A DNA stretch of 64,000 nt from Betaproteobacteria bacterium (GTDB taxonomy: Bacteria > Pseudomonadota > Gammaproteobacteria > Burkholderiales > SG8-39), in NCBI GenBank assembly GCA_052386675.1, contig JBQTJX010000029.1, positions 66,958 to 130,957 of the forward strand. The letters are read 5' to 3'. This document shows, one piece after another, positions 62,786 through 64,000 of the stretch. Made by a program: the position numbers and the translations under genes. A model generated the notes under the pieces. That model worked only from the letters and a program-made list of their open reading frames with translations, had not been told where the DNA came from and searched no databases. Position 1 is the stretch's first letter; the number at the start of each line of letters is the position of its first letter.

Positions 62786-63996
62786 TGGCCGTCCGGCTCG
62801 ACCCTCCCGATCCTGCTGCGTTGCACCCGGTTCCTGGGGTGGAACTGGGTATCGCCATGGCCGGCGTGAAGAGGGCGAACCGCAAGGACGTGCTGGTCGC
62901 GCGGCTGGCGCCGGGCACCGCGGTCGCCGGCGTGTTCACGAAGAACCGGTTCTGCGCTGCACCCGTTGTGCTGGCGAAGAACAACATCAGGAACGATGTC
63001 CGGGCGCTGGTGGTGAACACCGGCAATGCGAATGCGGGGACCGGGAAGGAAGGATTGAAGCGGGCCGGTGCGGTATGCGATGCGCTGGCCGGGTTGTTGG
63101 GATGCAAGAGCAACCAGGTGCTGCCGTTCTCGACGGGCGTAATCATGGAGCAGTTGCCCGCCGGGCTGATCGCTGCCGGACTGCCGGCAGCGATCTCGGA
63201 CTTGAAACCCGCCAACTGGGCTTCCGCGGCTGAAGCCATCATGACCACCGATACCGTCGCCAAGGCCGCCTCCCGCATGGTGGAGCTCTCCGGCGGCGTG
63301 GCCACGGTCACCGGCATCGCCAAGGGCTCGGGCATGATCCGGCCGGACATGGCGACGATGCTGGGATTCGTGGCGACGGATGCGAAGGTAAAGCCGTCCT
63401 CGCTCAAGCGGATCGTCAGGAAAGCCGCAAACCGGTCGTTCAACGCCATCACGGTCGATGGGGACACCTCGACGAACGATGCGTTCCTGTGTCTCGCCAC
63501 CGGAAAAGGCCCGGTGGCGAGATCGATGAAAGACGAAAAGCTCATCGAAGAGGCCATCACGTCGGTCGCACAATTCCTCGCCCAGGCCATCGTTCGCGAC
63601 GGCGAGGGCGCGACGAAGTTCGTCACCGTCACCATCGAGAAGGGGCGCAGCGAGGCCGAGTGCCGCAAGGTGGCCTACGCCATCGCGCATTCGCCGCTGG
63701 TGAAGACCGCGCTGTTCGCCTCCGACCCGAACCTCGGGCGCATTCTCGCCGCCGTGGGCTATGCCGGCATCGCCGACCTGGATACGTCCAGGGTGGATCT
63801 CTACCTGGACAAGGTTCTCGTCGCCAAAGGTGGCGCGCGACACGCCGGCTACCGCGAGGCGCAGGGCGCCGCGGTGATGAAGCAGCCCGAGATCACCATC
63901 CGGGTGCTGCTCAATCGCGGCAAGGCCGCGGCCACGGTTTGGACCTGCGATTTCTCCTACGATTACGTCAAGATCAACGCCGAATACCGGACATGA
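62785..63996 (+). CDS. argJ: Ornithine acetyltransferase / N-acetylglutamate synthase
   Basis: GNANA.TG, KGSGMI.PDMATML (autocleavage site), [23 protein letters not shown]. Confidence 0.96.
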
Positions 63997-64000
63997 GCCC

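Overview
High-GC chromosomal window from a betaproteobacterium (inferred from Bug/TctC, hemP-hmu, dcw with murB inside, and the lpxC-dciA-M23-secA-argJ order). The first ~38.7 kb is accessory and metabolic. It holds the 3' end of a DGQHR-domain gene, a hydratase and CoA-transferase pair, nfeD-SPFH-PAS kinase, a TAXI-TRAP transporter, and a Fur-boxed heme uptake operon (hemP, receptor, hmuSTUV, an unknown 83-aa Cys/His protein, tonB-exbB-exbD). It also holds organic and sugar-acid catabolic genes, lemA-TPM-TPM, an overlapping SRPBCC-rquA-lipoprotein trio, alkB, an MlaE-MlaD-lipoprotein unit without ATPase, and pcaIJ-like genes. From ~38.9 kb to the end lies the conserved dcw cluster (mraZ to ftsZ), a PhyH dioxygenase inserted before lpxC, then dciA, an M23 peptidase, secA and argJ. 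I found no CRISPR array, rRNA, tRNA, transposase or integrase. The best leads are the rquA three-gene unit, a REP-like repeat family (one copy in frame in a signal peptide), the small heme-operon protein, and recurrent leaderless or bidirectional promoters. Annotations come from motif and family recognition by eye; no database searches were run.
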